A DNA stretch of 64,000 nucleotides, from NCBI GenBank assembly GCA_964427375.1, contig CAYRUF010000006.1:38892-102891 (forward strand). The letters run 5' to 3'. The notes below the pieces were generated by a model, which worked only from the letters and a program-made list of their open reading frames with translations, was not told the DNA's origin and did not search any database. The position numbers and the translations under genes were made by a program. This document shows positions 52,529-61,337 of this stretch, piece after piece. The DNA comes from an uncultured Desulfatibacillum sp. (lineage in GTDB: Bacteria; Desulfobacterota; Desulfobacteria; Desulfobacterales; SpSt-501). Numbering within the stretch: position 1 is the first letter of the stretch; every line of letters starts with the position of its first letter.

Positions 52529-53990
52529 ACTCGAGGCGGTAGTTGGGCGCCTCCTTGGTGATAATCACATCGTGCACGTGCGATTCACGGATGCCGGCGG
52601 CCGAAATCTTGATGAAGCGCGCCTTCTCCCTCAGCTCCTCCAGGCTGGCGCAGCCGCAATAGCCCATGCCGGCCTTCAACCCGCCCACCAGCTGGAAGAT
52701 GTTGGCCTGCAGCGACCCGCGGTAGGGCACCCGGCCGACGATCCCCTCCGGCACGAGCTTGTCGCCCTCGCTGTCGTCCCCCTGGTAGTAGCGGTCCTTG
52801 CTGCCCTTCTTCATGGCCTCGATCGACCCCATCCCGCGATAGACCTTGTAGCTGCGTCCCTGGTAGAGGATCAGTTCGCCCGGGCTTTCCTCGGTGCCCG
52901 CGAACAGCCCGCCGATCATGACCGTGTGCGCGCCCGCGCCGATCGCCTTGGTGAGGTCGCCCGAGAAGCGGATGCCGCCGTCGGCGATGAGCGGCACGCC
53001 CGTCTTTTCGGAAACCGGCCGGCAGTTCATGATGGCCGTCAACTGGGGAACGCCCACCCCGGCCACCACTCGGGTCGTGCAGATCGAGCCGGGACCGATC
53101 CCGATCTTGACGGCGTCGACCCCGGCCTTGATGAGGTCGCGCGCCCCCTCCGCCGTGGCGACGTTGCCGGCGATCACCTCGATCTCCTTGAAGGTATGCT
53201 TCAGGCGTTTGACCGCGTCGATCACGTTTTTGGAATGGCCGTGCGAGGTGTCGATCAGGATGATGTCCGCGCCGGCCTTGAGCAGGGCCTCGGCGCGCTC
53301 CTCCATGTCCGGCCCGACCCCCACCGCCGCGCCGACCCGCAGCCGACCCAGGCCGTCCTTGCAGGCGTTGGGGTATTTCTTGATCTTTTCGATGTCCTTG
53401 ATCGTGATCAGACCGGTCAACCGCCCCTTTTTGTCGACCACCAGCAGCTTTTCGATGCGGTGCTGATGCAGAAGCTTCTTCGACTCTTCCAGCCCGATTC
53501 CCTCGGTGACCGTTACCAGGTGATCCTTGGTCATCACCTCCGAGACCTTTTTCTCCATATCGGACTCAAACCGCAGGTCCCGATTGGTCACGATCCCGAC
53601 GAGCTGGTCCCCCTTGACGACCGGCACGCCGGAAATCCGGTATTGCTCCATGAGCGTGAGCACCTCGGCCACCTTCTGGTCGGGATGGATGGTGACCGGG
53701 TCGACGATCATGCCGCTTTCCGACTTCTTGACCTTGTCGACCTCCATGGCCTGGACCTTGATCTCCAGGTTCCGGTGGATGAACCCCAGCCCGCCCTCCC
53801 GCGCCATGCTGATGGCGGTGTCCGCCTCGGTGACCGTATCCATGGCGGCGCTGACGATCGGAACATTGAGCTGAATGCGCCGGGTCAAGCGCGTGTTGAC
53901 CGTGACATCCTTGGGCAGCACATCGGAATAGCTGGGCAGCAGCAGCAGATCGTCGAACGAATAGGCTTCCTGCAGCAGCGGATTCGGCAT
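52527..53990 (-). CDS. guaB: IMP dehydrogenase GuaB
   Basis: [16 protein letters not shown] pair, catalytic loop [11 protein letters not shown]. Confidence 0.95.
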   Translation of the reverse strand: MPNPLLQEAYSFDDLLLLPSYSDVLPKDVTVNTRLTRRIQLNVPIVSAAMDTVTEADTAISMAREGGLGFIHRNLEIKVQAMEVDKVKKSESGMIVDPVTIHPDQKVAEVLTLMEQYRISGVPVVKGDQLVGIVTNRDLRFESDMEKKVSEVMTKDHLVTVTEGIGLEESKKLLHQHRIEKLLVVDKKGRLTGLITIKDIEKIKKYPNACKDGLGRLRVGAAVGVGPDMEERAEALLKAGADIILIDTSHGHSKNVIDAVKRLKHTFKEIEVIAGNVATAEGARDLIKAGVDAVKIGIGPGSICTTRVVAGVGVPQLTAIMNCRPVSEKTGVPLIADGGIRFSGDLTKAIGAGAHTVMIGGLFAGTEESPGELILYQGRSYKVYRGMGSIEAMKKGSKDRYYQGDDSEGDKLVPEGIVGRVPYRGSLQANIFQLVGGLKAGMGYCGCASLEELREKARFIKISAAGIRESHVHDVIITKEAPNYRLE

Positions 53991-54134
53991 CGAACTCCTC
54001 CTGTACCAAGGTTAAAAATTGTGCCCACGAATAACAGATGGCCGGGCGTTTGGCAATCTTTATTTGGAAGCCGGAACGGCTTCGGGACCAAACAAAATGT
54101 CATTCTATTTCAAATAATTACCCGATTATTTGCG

Positions 54135-54162
54135 TTGACTTTAAACCATTGGGTGGTATAAA
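54135..54162 (+). promoter_or_regulatory. Sigma70-type promoter TTGACT-16-TATAAA upstream of the yciO-like gene
   Basis: -35 at 54135-54140, -10 at 54157-54162. The region is AT-rich. Confidence 0.35.
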
Positions 54163-54191
54163 ATAAGGAGTTTCCAAGGAAGGGCAACGCC

Positions 54192-54800
54192 ATGATCGTC
54201 AACATCAATCCACAGAATCCACCGCTGCGGCTCATCCGAAAAGTCGTGGAGGTATTAGAAGGCGGGGGCATCGTCGTCTACCCCACCGACACCTACTATG
54301 GCATCGGCTGCGACCTCATGAACCCCCGAGCGATCGAACGGATCTATCAGTTGAAACGCCGCGACCGGAGCAAGCCGTTCAGCTTCATCTGCTCGGACTT
54401 GACCAACATCAGCCAATACGCCAAGGTCTCCAACTACGCCTACCGGACCATGAAGCGCCTGCTGCCGGGCCCGTATACGTTCATCCTGGAGGGCTCCAAG
54501 CTGGTGCCCAAGATCATGCTCACCAAGCGCAAGACCGCCGGCATCCGCGTGCCCGCCAACGAGATCTGCCTGGCGTTGGTGCGCGAGCTCGGCCACCCGA
54601 TCATCACCACCAGCGCCGCCACCGCCGAGGGGGAAAGCTTCCACGACGCCTCCCTGATCCATGACCACTTCGGCAAGCAGGTCGATGTCGTCATCGACGG
54701 CAGCCTGGTCTTGGGCGAACCGTCCAGCGTCGTATCCCTGATCGACGACATCCCCCAGATCATCCGCCGCGGCGCGGGGGACGTTAGCCTGTTCGAGTAA
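54192..54800 (+). CDS. yciO: YrdC/Sua5-fold protein, YciO subfamily (threonylcarbamoyl-AMP synthase paralog)
   Basis: Collinear by eye with E. coli YciO: GGIVVYPTDTYYGIGC, PGPYTFILEGSK, KRKTAGIRVP, KQVDVVIDGS...IIRRGAGDV. Confidence 0.8.
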   Translation: MIVNINPQNPPLRLIRKVVEVLEGGGIVVYPTDTYYGIGCDLMNPRAIERIYQLKRRDRSKPFSFICSDLTNISQYAKVSNYAYRTMKRLLPGPYTFILEGSKLVPKIMLTKRKTAGIRVPANEICLALVRELGHPIITTSAATAEGESFHDASLIHDHFGKQVDVVIDGSLVLGEPSSVVSLIDDIPQIIRRGAGDVSLFE

Positions 54801-54846
54801 TCGAGCGCCGATGCGACCCCGTTTCCGGTTCGCGGGGTCAACTTCA

Positions 54847-54981
54847 TCAATAAGGCATTAATTTGCCGGCCGATGTGGCGACTCCGTAGTAATCAAAAAA
54901 CTTGGCCCCGGCCTCAGGAGCGTGCTCGCCGATGTTGGTGAAGTCCTCAAGGTCCTGTCGTTCGTAGTAGGTCTCAATCAT
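54847..54981 (-). pseudogene. 44-codon remnant of a carboxymuconolactone decarboxylase/AhpD-like (CMD) gene
   Basis: RBS AAGGAAG + ATG 54981. MIETYYERQDLEDFTNIGEHAPEAGAKFFDYYGVATSAGKLMPY* matches the N-terminus of about 110-aa CMD proteins but stops before the CxxC helix. Confidence 0.45.
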
Positions 54982-55033
54982 GGCATTCTTCCTTTCCACG
55001 GATGTATGGGCAGGGAACAACTCCTCGCACGGC

Positions 55034-56566
55034 TTAACGCCGCCATGCCATCAATCGAGAAAAAATCTTCTTGGCAAAAGGCGTGAGACGCGTGCGATTG
55101 AAAGCATCGCCGACCTGGCGCACGGCTTCGGCCTGCGTCGGATACGGATGAATGGCGGCGGCGATGTTTTTGAGCCCCAGCCCGTTCGTCATCGCCAGGG
55201 TGATCTCGGATATCATGTCCCCGGCGTTTTGGGCCACGATCGTGGCCCCGGCGATCTGATCGCTGCCCTTGCGCACATGCACGCGGACAAAGCCCTTGGT
55301 TCGGCCTTCGAGGATAGCTCGGTCCACCTCGGATAGCTCCCGCGTGAAGGTATCCAGCGCGACCCCCTGCTCCTCGGCCTGTTTCGGATAGAGCCCGACA
55401 TGGGCAATTTCCGGCTCCGTGTAGGTGCACCATGGAATCGTCAATGCGCTGGCCTTGGCGCGGCCGAAAAAAAGCGCGTTTCGGATCACGGTGCGCGCCA
55501 TGACATCGGCGGCATGCGTGAATTGATAGGGCGAGCAGATGTCGCCGGCCGCGTAAATGTCGGGCTGCGTCGTCTGAAGCTGATCATTTACCTGAACGCC
55601 CTTCTTGGAATACGCCACCCCGGCCGCTTCCAGCCCCAATCGCTCCACGTTCGGGGAGCGTCCGACGGCGACCAGGAGCTTGTCCACGACCTCGTCGTAG
55701 TTTTTCGAGTGAGATTCCACCGACAGGCGCACCCGTCCCCCATCCGCCTTGGACAGCTTCAGTTCCTGGCCGCAGCAAAGGAGCCTGACACCGTCTTTGA
55801 GCAGAGACCCCAAGACGATCTCGGAGGCATCAGAGTCCTCGCGCGGCAGGATGCCATGGGTGGCCTCGACCAGGAACACTTCAGCGCCGAAGCGGGCAAA
55901 GCTCTGGGCCATCTCGCAGCCGATGGGCCCGGCGCCGATCACGGCCAGGCGCTTGGGCAGCCCCGTCAAGGAGAAGAGGGTTTCGTTGGTCAGGTATTCC
56001 ACCTCGCCCAGCCCCGGAATGGGCGGGGCCGAGGCCCGGGCGCCGGTGGCGATGACGGCTTTCTTGAAGCGGAGCTTCTCCCCCGCAACCTCAATGGTAT
56101 GGGAATCCACAAACCGTCCGTTGCCGATGAAGACATCGACCCCCAGTCGGCTGAACCGCTTGGCGGAGTCGTTCGGGGCGATGGACGCCCGCAGCCGACG
56201 CATACGCTCCATGACGTGGCCGAAATCGACCTGCACCCCCTCCGGCACTCGAACTCCGAACTCGGCTGCATCCCGCACGGCCGCCGCCGCCCGCGCCGCT
56301 GCGATCAGCGCCTTCGAGGGAACGCAGCCGACGTTGAGACAGTCCCCTCCCATCAGATGGCGTTCGACCAGCGCCACTTTTGCACCTAATCCGGCCGCAC
56401 CGGCTGCACTGACCAGCCCGGCGGTCCCGGCTCCGATCACGACCAGATTGTAGCGCTCAGCGGGCTTCGGGTTGGTCCAATCGAACGGGTGGACCAGGGA
56501 GGCCAAGTTCCGGTTGTGTTCATCCCATGGGCGAACAATCGGGATCCCATTATTATTTTCCGACAT
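55034..56566 (-). CDS. Class I pyridine nucleotide-disulfide oxidoreductase (mercuric reductase / dihydrolipoamide dehydrogenase-like)
   Basis: Start MSENNNG at 56566 after AAGGAG. VVIGAGTAGL, redox disulfide GGDCLNVGCVPSK, C-terminal dimerisation domain. Confidence 0.9.
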   Translation of the reverse strand: MSENNNGIPIVRPWDEHNRNLASLVHPFDWTNPKPAERYNLVVIGAGTAGLVSAAGAAGLGAKVALVERHLMGGDCLNVGCVPSKALIAAARAAAAVRDAAEFGVRVPEGVQVDFGHVMERMRRLRASIAPNDSAKRFSRLGVDVFIGNGRFVDSHTIEVAGEKLRFKKAVIATGARASAPPIPGLGEVEYLTNETLFSLTGLPKRLAVIGAGPIGCEMAQSFARFGAEVFLVEATHGILPREDSDASEIVLGSLLKDGVRLLCCGQELKLSKADGGRVRLSVESHSKNYDEVVDKLLVAVGRSPNVERLGLEAAGVAYSKKGVQVNDQLQTTQPDIYAAGDICSPYQFTHAADVMARTVIRNALFFGRAKASALTIPWCTYTEPEIAHVGLYPKQAEEQGVALDTFTRELSEVDRAILEGRTKGFVRVHVRKGSDQIAGATIVAQNAGDMISEITLAMTNGLGLKNIAAAIHPYPTQAEAVRQVGDAFNRTRLTPFAKKIFSRLMAWRR

Positions 56567-56580
56567 TTCCAGCTCCTTTG

Positions 56581-57306
56581 CTATGAGATTCGGGCGGATA
56601 ATGCTTTTTTGGCCACGCGCGTGACAAACACCGTTACCACCACCGTTGCCAGCAACCCGACACCGTAAAGCACCCATTCGGCCGTGGTACGGCTATGCCC
56701 TCCGGCCCCCAGACTGGCCAGGTCTCCGGCGAGCGATCCTAAATAGACATACATCACGGTGCCGGGCATCATGCCTATCCACGATGCAAAGAAGTAGTGC
56801 CGCAGGCTTACCTTGGTCAATCCGTAGGCGTAGTTGAGCAGATTGAAAGGAAATACTGGGGAAAGTCGGGTCAACAGGACGATCTTCCAGCCTTCCTTCC
56901 CCACAGCCTCGTCGACGGCGTTGAATTTCTGATTGCCGGCTATTCGCTTGGCCACCCAGTTGCGTGCCAAGTAGCGCCCGACGAGAAAGGCGCTGGTGGC
57001 CCCCAGTGTCGCCCCGATCGAAACGGCGATGGAGCCTTGGACCACCCCGAAGACAACCCCGGCCCCTAACGTCAGGATGGATCCCGGCAACAGCAGGACA
57101 CAGGCCATGATGTAGAGCGCCATGAAAATCAACAGACCTGCAGCGCCTAGGCCGGAAATCCAGGCCAGCGCTTGGCGCAGGACTTCTTGGAGATTGAAAT
57201 ATCTCGCTGCAACGAGAATTCCGCCGACAACGGCCGCAGCCATAAGAGCCTTGACCGCCGTTCCGCTGCGCGAGGCGGTTGTTTGTGAATCGGCTGCTGC
57301 ATTCAT
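56581..57306 (-). CDS. TVP38/TMEM64 (DedA-related) membrane protein
   Basis: LLLPGSILTLGAGVVFG...RLSPVFPFNLLNYAYGLT is the family pattern. Confidence 0.85.
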   Translation of the reverse strand: MNAAADSQTTASRSGTAVKALMAAAVVGGILVAARYFNLQEVLRQALAWISGLGAAGLLIFMALYIMACVLLLPGSILTLGAGVVFGVVQGSIAVSIGATLGATSAFLVGRYLARNWVAKRIAGNQKFNAVDEAVGKEGWKIVLLTRLSPVFPFNLLNYAYGLTKVSLRHYFFASWIGMMPGTVMYVYLGSLAGDLASLGAGGHSRTTAEWVLYGVGLLATVVVTVFVTRVAKKALSARIS

Positions 57307-57829
57307 AATATAGCCTGCCTTTCTGTACCTTTAAAAAATCTCTCCTGAGAAGTTATCCTCCAAACGAGCTTTACGATACAGAAGTTATCGTTGCGCTGGG
57401 CGTTGAAGACTATGTCGCTATCGCTCCTGGATTCTTACCCGATCGTCCCGGCGTTGTGCCCGGCCTCCGTGGAAGGAAGGGACTCCACGAGCAACCCATA
57501 CGGTTCCCGGCTGATGATGCGGCACTATTCGCGGATCATGCCGCGGGATTTCGACCTGGGCCCGAACTTTGAGATCATCAAATACAACATCTTCGGCCAC
57601 GGCCGTTCCGATTACGCGTCCTTATGGGCGGAGACCATTTTTGAACCTGCTTCCCGAACCCGGAGCTGCGATGCGGGGTCACAGAGCCAAAAACCAGCGC
57701 AACGGTCCTCACAACAGCTCCCAGCGACCCGATTTGAGTTCCGGTTTCGGCCAACGGATATTCGGCAGACCCATGAAACCCAAATTCACCGAGCTCGTTT
57801 TACATGCATCCTGGAGCGCCCGCCAGAAC

Positions 57830-59401
57830 TCAACGCCGGATTCGGACGCCGCGCAGAAACTTCTCCGTCAGATCGGTGATCTCGGCGATCTTCAGTCCAT
57901 ACCCGGCCGCGAGCATGAGCGCCGCGAAGGCGCTTCCGACGATCACCGCGATCGCCAGGCTGCCGGCCGGGCCGGAGGCATCCAGCGCCTCGAGCGCCAG
58001 GCGCCGGACCGCCGCCAGCAGCGGCGCCAGGGCCAGGCTCAACAGGGCGGTCTTGAGATAGAAGCGCATCACCTCGCTCTGTCCCGTATTGCGGCTGCGG
58101 CGGTTCCAGAGAATGAAGAGGACCGCGACCTGCAGGATGCCGGAAAAGGAGATCGCGAGCGCCACCCCCTGCACGCCCATCAGCACGATGCCGAGCGGGT
58201 AGAGCGGAAGGCTCGCCAGCACGACCACCGTGCCGAACACGGCCGGGAAGAGCGTGTTGCGGGTGGCGAAGTAGCCGCGCACCACGACGGTGCTGGCCGC
58301 AAAGCCGACCGCTCCGGCCAGGAACCAGACCAGCACGTCGGCCGTGATCCGGGTGGCGGCGGGGTCGAACCGCCCCCGCTCGAACAGAAGACGCACGACC
58401 TCCGGGCTCAACACCATCAACAGCACGGAAACGGGTATCAGCAGCGCCAGGTAGCGCAGGGTCCGGTTCATCAGCCGGTTCAGTTCGTCCAACCGGTTTT
58501 CCTCGGCCAGGCGGGCCATAAAGGGGTACGTGGCCGTGCCCACCGCCTGGCCGAAGATGCCGACCAGGATGAGCATCACCCGCAGGCTGAAATTGAGCAC
58601 GGCGATGCTGCCGCCCGGAAGATAAGAGCCGAAAAACCGGAAAAGGAATTCAGTGGAAAACGTCATGGTCAGGCCGAGCATCAGCGGCAGCGTCAGGCGC
58701 AGGTAGGCGCCCACGTCCGGGTGGCGCCAGTCCCAGGCCGGCCGAAACCGCAGTCCCAGCCGGCGCGCCCCCGCCCACTGCAGCAGCAGGTTTCCGGCAA
58801 ACGATCCGGCCAGCACCCCCCAGGCGAACCCTTCAACCCCCAGCCACGGTCCCAGCAGCAACCCGCCGGCGATGATGCCCAGGTTGTAGATCAGGGGCGC
58901 GAGCGCCGGCAGGAGGAAGTGCTCGCGCGCGAACTGGACGGCCGTCAGCAGGCCGCCGGCAAAGAAAAACATCTGGGCCGGCAGGATGATGCGGGTCATG
59001 CGCACGGCCAGGGCCCGGGTCTCCGGGTCTTCAAGGCCCGGCGCGGCCCAGGTCACCAGTTCGGGGGCGAATGCCATGGCGAGCCCCACGCCCGCCAGCG
59101 CTAGGCTTCCGAAGACGCACAGGAGAATGGAAAATACGCGGCCGGCTTCGGCTACGCCCTGCTGGATCAGCCGGCGGGCATAAAGCGGAATGAACGTCAC
59201 GGATAGGAAACCGGTTGCGACCACGTGGTTCAGGATTTCCGGCAGGATGAAGGCGACTTGATAGGCGTCCACCTCCGGGCCGGCGCCGGCCCGCCAAGCG
59301 ATGGTCATTTCGCGCAGCAGCCCGATCACGCGGCTGAGGAAGACGGAAGCCATCATGACCAGGGAAGCGATGCCGGCTTTTCGGTAGATGGAAGGTTGCA
59401 T
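57830..59401 (-). CDS. murJ: Lipid II flippase MurJ
   Basis: Start MQPSIYRKAG at 59401. SRVIGLLREMTIAWRAGAGPEVDAYQVAFILPE is a typical MurJ N-terminus. Confidence 0.9.
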   Translation of the reverse strand: MQPSIYRKAGIASLVMMASVFLSRVIGLLREMTIAWRAGAGPEVDAYQVAFILPEILNHVVATGFLSVTFIPLYARRLIQQGVAEAGRVFSILLCVFGSLALAGVGLAMAFAPELVTWAAPGLEDPETRALAVRMTRIILPAQMFFFAGGLLTAVQFAREHFLLPALAPLIYNLGIIAGGLLLGPWLGVEGFAWGVLAGSFAGNLLLQWAGARRLGLRFRPAWDWRHPDVGAYLRLTLPLMLGLTMTFSTEFLFRFFGSYLPGGSIAVLNFSLRVMLILVGIFGQAVGTATYPFMARLAEENRLDELNRLMNRTLRYLALLIPVSVLLMVLSPEVVRLLFERGRFDPAATRITADVLVWFLAGAVGFAASTVVVRGYFATRNTLFPAVFGTVVVLASLPLYPLGIVLMGVQGVALAISFSGILQVAVLFILWNRRSRNTGQSEVMRFYLKTALLSLALAPLLAAVRRLALEALDASGPAGSLAIAVIVGSAFAALMLAAGYGLKIAEITDLTEKFLRGVRIRR

Positions 59402-59508
59402 AACGCCCTTGGGTTTCGGCCGCCATCCATATCTGAAATCCCCGACGGGAGTCAACGGCAGGCTGCAGCCCGGAGGATCCGAGCGGCTGCCAGGGTCTGC
59501 CCCATGCC

Positions 59509-59537
59509 TTGACTTCAATGACCCGATTTCCTATAAG
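59509..59537 (+). promoter_or_regulatory. Sigma70-type promoter TTGACT-17-TATAAG
   Basis: -35 at 59509-59514, -10 at 59532-59537. Lies 60 nt upstream of ATG 59597. Confidence 0.4.
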
Positions 59538-59596
59538 TCAGCACGGTTTTGCAGACCGGTGCGGTTCGCGGTTGATCCCAGCAGGCGGTTGCGGAC

Positions 59597-61090
59597 ATGG
59601 CCCCCAGCAAAGGGCGATTACCCCAGCGCATAACGGCGGTTCTGGTCTACGGGCGGTTGCCCCTCGTGTTCGGCGGCATGCTGTGCGCCGTAGCCGTGAT
59701 GTGGAATCAGAATCCCACACTCTACATGATCGGGGTCATTCTGCTGTTCATCGCCATGACCTTCGATCTGGTCGACGGCTGGTTTGCCGCGCGGTTTTTC
59801 CCCTACCCCCAGATGGCCCAGCTGGCCGACCGCATCCTCGACAAACTCATTTATTCCATCATCTTCCCGCTGGTCGCCGTCGGCTGCATGTGGCGGCTGC
59901 ACTATGTTCTGCCGGATCCCAAGAAAACCGAGCTGCTCCACGCCGTGCTGGTGTTGTTTCTGGTGATCACCGTGCTGGTGCGCGACAACTTCGCCCATTT
60001 CATGCGCAGCGTCGCCCTGCGCTTCGATCAGGAATTGGAGTACCGCGAGTTCACGCGTCTGCGCACCATCGTGGCCGCGCCGGTCGGCGCCCTGCTCTAC
60101 GCCTATGCGTTCTACATCCCGAACGGTTCGACTTCCCTCGTCTACCGCTGGATCGCCCGACTGGGAGAGACCCCTCTGCGGACGCTGTTTTTCATCGAGA
60201 TCGTCTTCTTCGTCATTAATTTCGGCTCGATCGCCGGATACATCCGCAAATACGGAACCCTGTGCCTGGACGACCTCTGCCTCGGCAACGTGCAGTTGCG
60301 CCGCCGGATCCTGGCGTTTTTTCCAAACGCCCTGACGATCATGAATGCCATGATGGGGCTGCTGGCGGTGTTTTTCGCTTACCAGGACCGCATTCGGGAG
60401 GCCTCTTTGTTTCTGATTGGTGCGGCCCTCTTCGACAAACTGGATGGGGCCGTGGCCCGCCGGCTCGGTTTGACCGAGCCGCTGCCCGGGCAGGAGCAGC
60501 GGCCCCACCGGGTGACCCTCGGGGGCGTGCTGGACGACATCTCGGATGCCGTCAGCTTCTGCATCGCGCCGGCATGGATTTATTACTTTCTCGTTTCCGA
60601 CATTGCCGATCCGTGGCTCCAGGATCTGCCTTACAGCCTGACCGCGGTGCTCTACGCCTTGGCCGGCATCATCCGGTTGATTTATTTCACCCTGGACCGG
60701 AATCCGATCCCCGGGTTTTTCAAGGGCATGCCCAGCCCGGCCGCGGCGCTGCTGGCCGTAGCGCCCATGATTATTCTCAATCAATCCGTCAATGACGGCT
60801 GCGTTTCGGTTCCCTTCTGGGGCACGATCTGCTTCGTCACGATGATCGTTGCCGCCGTGGTGATGAACCTTTATCCGATCCGTTACCTGCATGCCGGCCG
60901 GTTCATGAGCCGTCACCCCTGGTTGGGCCGCGCGGCCCTGCTGCTGCTCGTATCGGTTTTTACACCCTATTACGGATACGTCTTCCTTTTTTTCATGCTG
61001 CTGTACGCCCTGTCTCCGCTCGTCACCTGGCGCATCGCTCCCCAGGACGCCGCCCGCGAGAACCGCCCCAAAGGGGCGCACGCCCGCTAA
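59597..61090 (+). CDS. Tandem (duplicated) CDP-alcohol phosphatidyltransferase fusion protein
   Basis: Two signatures: FDLVDGWFAAR...LADRILDKL (first half) and FDKLDGAVARR...GGVLDDISDAV (second half). About 14 predicted TM segments. Confidence 0.85.
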   Translation: MAPSKGRLPQRITAVLVYGRLPLVFGGMLCAVAVMWNQNPTLYMIGVILLFIAMTFDLVDGWFAARFFPYPQMAQLADRILDKLIYSIIFPLVAVGCMWRLHYVLPDPKKTELLHAVLVLFLVITVLVRDNFAHFMRSVALRFDQELEYREFTRLRTIVAAPVGALLYAYAFYIPNGSTSLVYRWIARLGETPLRTLFFIEIVFFVINFGSIAGYIRKYGTLCLDDLCLGNVQLRRRILAFFPNALTIMNAMMGLLAVFFAYQDRIREASLFLIGAALFDKLDGAVARRLGLTEPLPGQEQRPHRVTLGGVLDDISDAVSFCIAPAWIYYFLVSDIADPWLQDLPYSLTAVLYALAGIIRLIYFTLDRNPIPGFFKGMPSPAAALLAVAPMIILNQSVNDGCVSVPFWGTICFVTMIVAAVVMNLYPIRYLHAGRFMSRHPWLGRAALLLLVSVFTPYYGYVFLFFMLLYALSPLVTWRIAPQDAARENRPKGAHAR

Positions 61091-61143
61091 AACCGGTTCT
61101 TCGGATGCGGACCGGAAATCCCTTTCCAGTGGGTTAAGCCCTC

Positions 61144-61172
61144 TTGCCAGATGGCGGGATTTGCACTATCAA
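61144..61172 (+). promoter_or_regulatory. Weak sigma70-type promoter candidate TTGCCA-17-TATCAA
   Basis: -35 at 61144-61149, -10 at 61167-61172. Confidence 0.25.
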
Positions 61173-61337
61173 TTAAGCCGTTGAACGTATTCGGCGTGCA
61201 GCGAAAATCTGCGGTCCGGTTTGTCCGGTCGAAGACCGGTCGGAAATTCCCGGCATTCGGTGACCTCCAAACAACGGGCAGGACCCTGAAGCCCGTTCCG
61301 ATGATTGAATTCCCGCTCGAACCAGCGGGAGGCAGCC

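Noticed and set aside
54847-54852. TGA-TGA at the end of the CMD-like fragment as selenocysteine read-through
   Set aside because: Downstream in-frame sequence shows no continuation of CMD homology (no CxxC/UxxC helix) and soon hits another stop. No SECIS-like hairpin is placed appropriately.
61149-61164. Sigma54-like TGGCGGGATTTGCA upstream of the giant ATPase gene
   Set aside because: The GG-to-GC spacing is 2 nt shorter than in the TGGCAC-N5-TTGC consensus.
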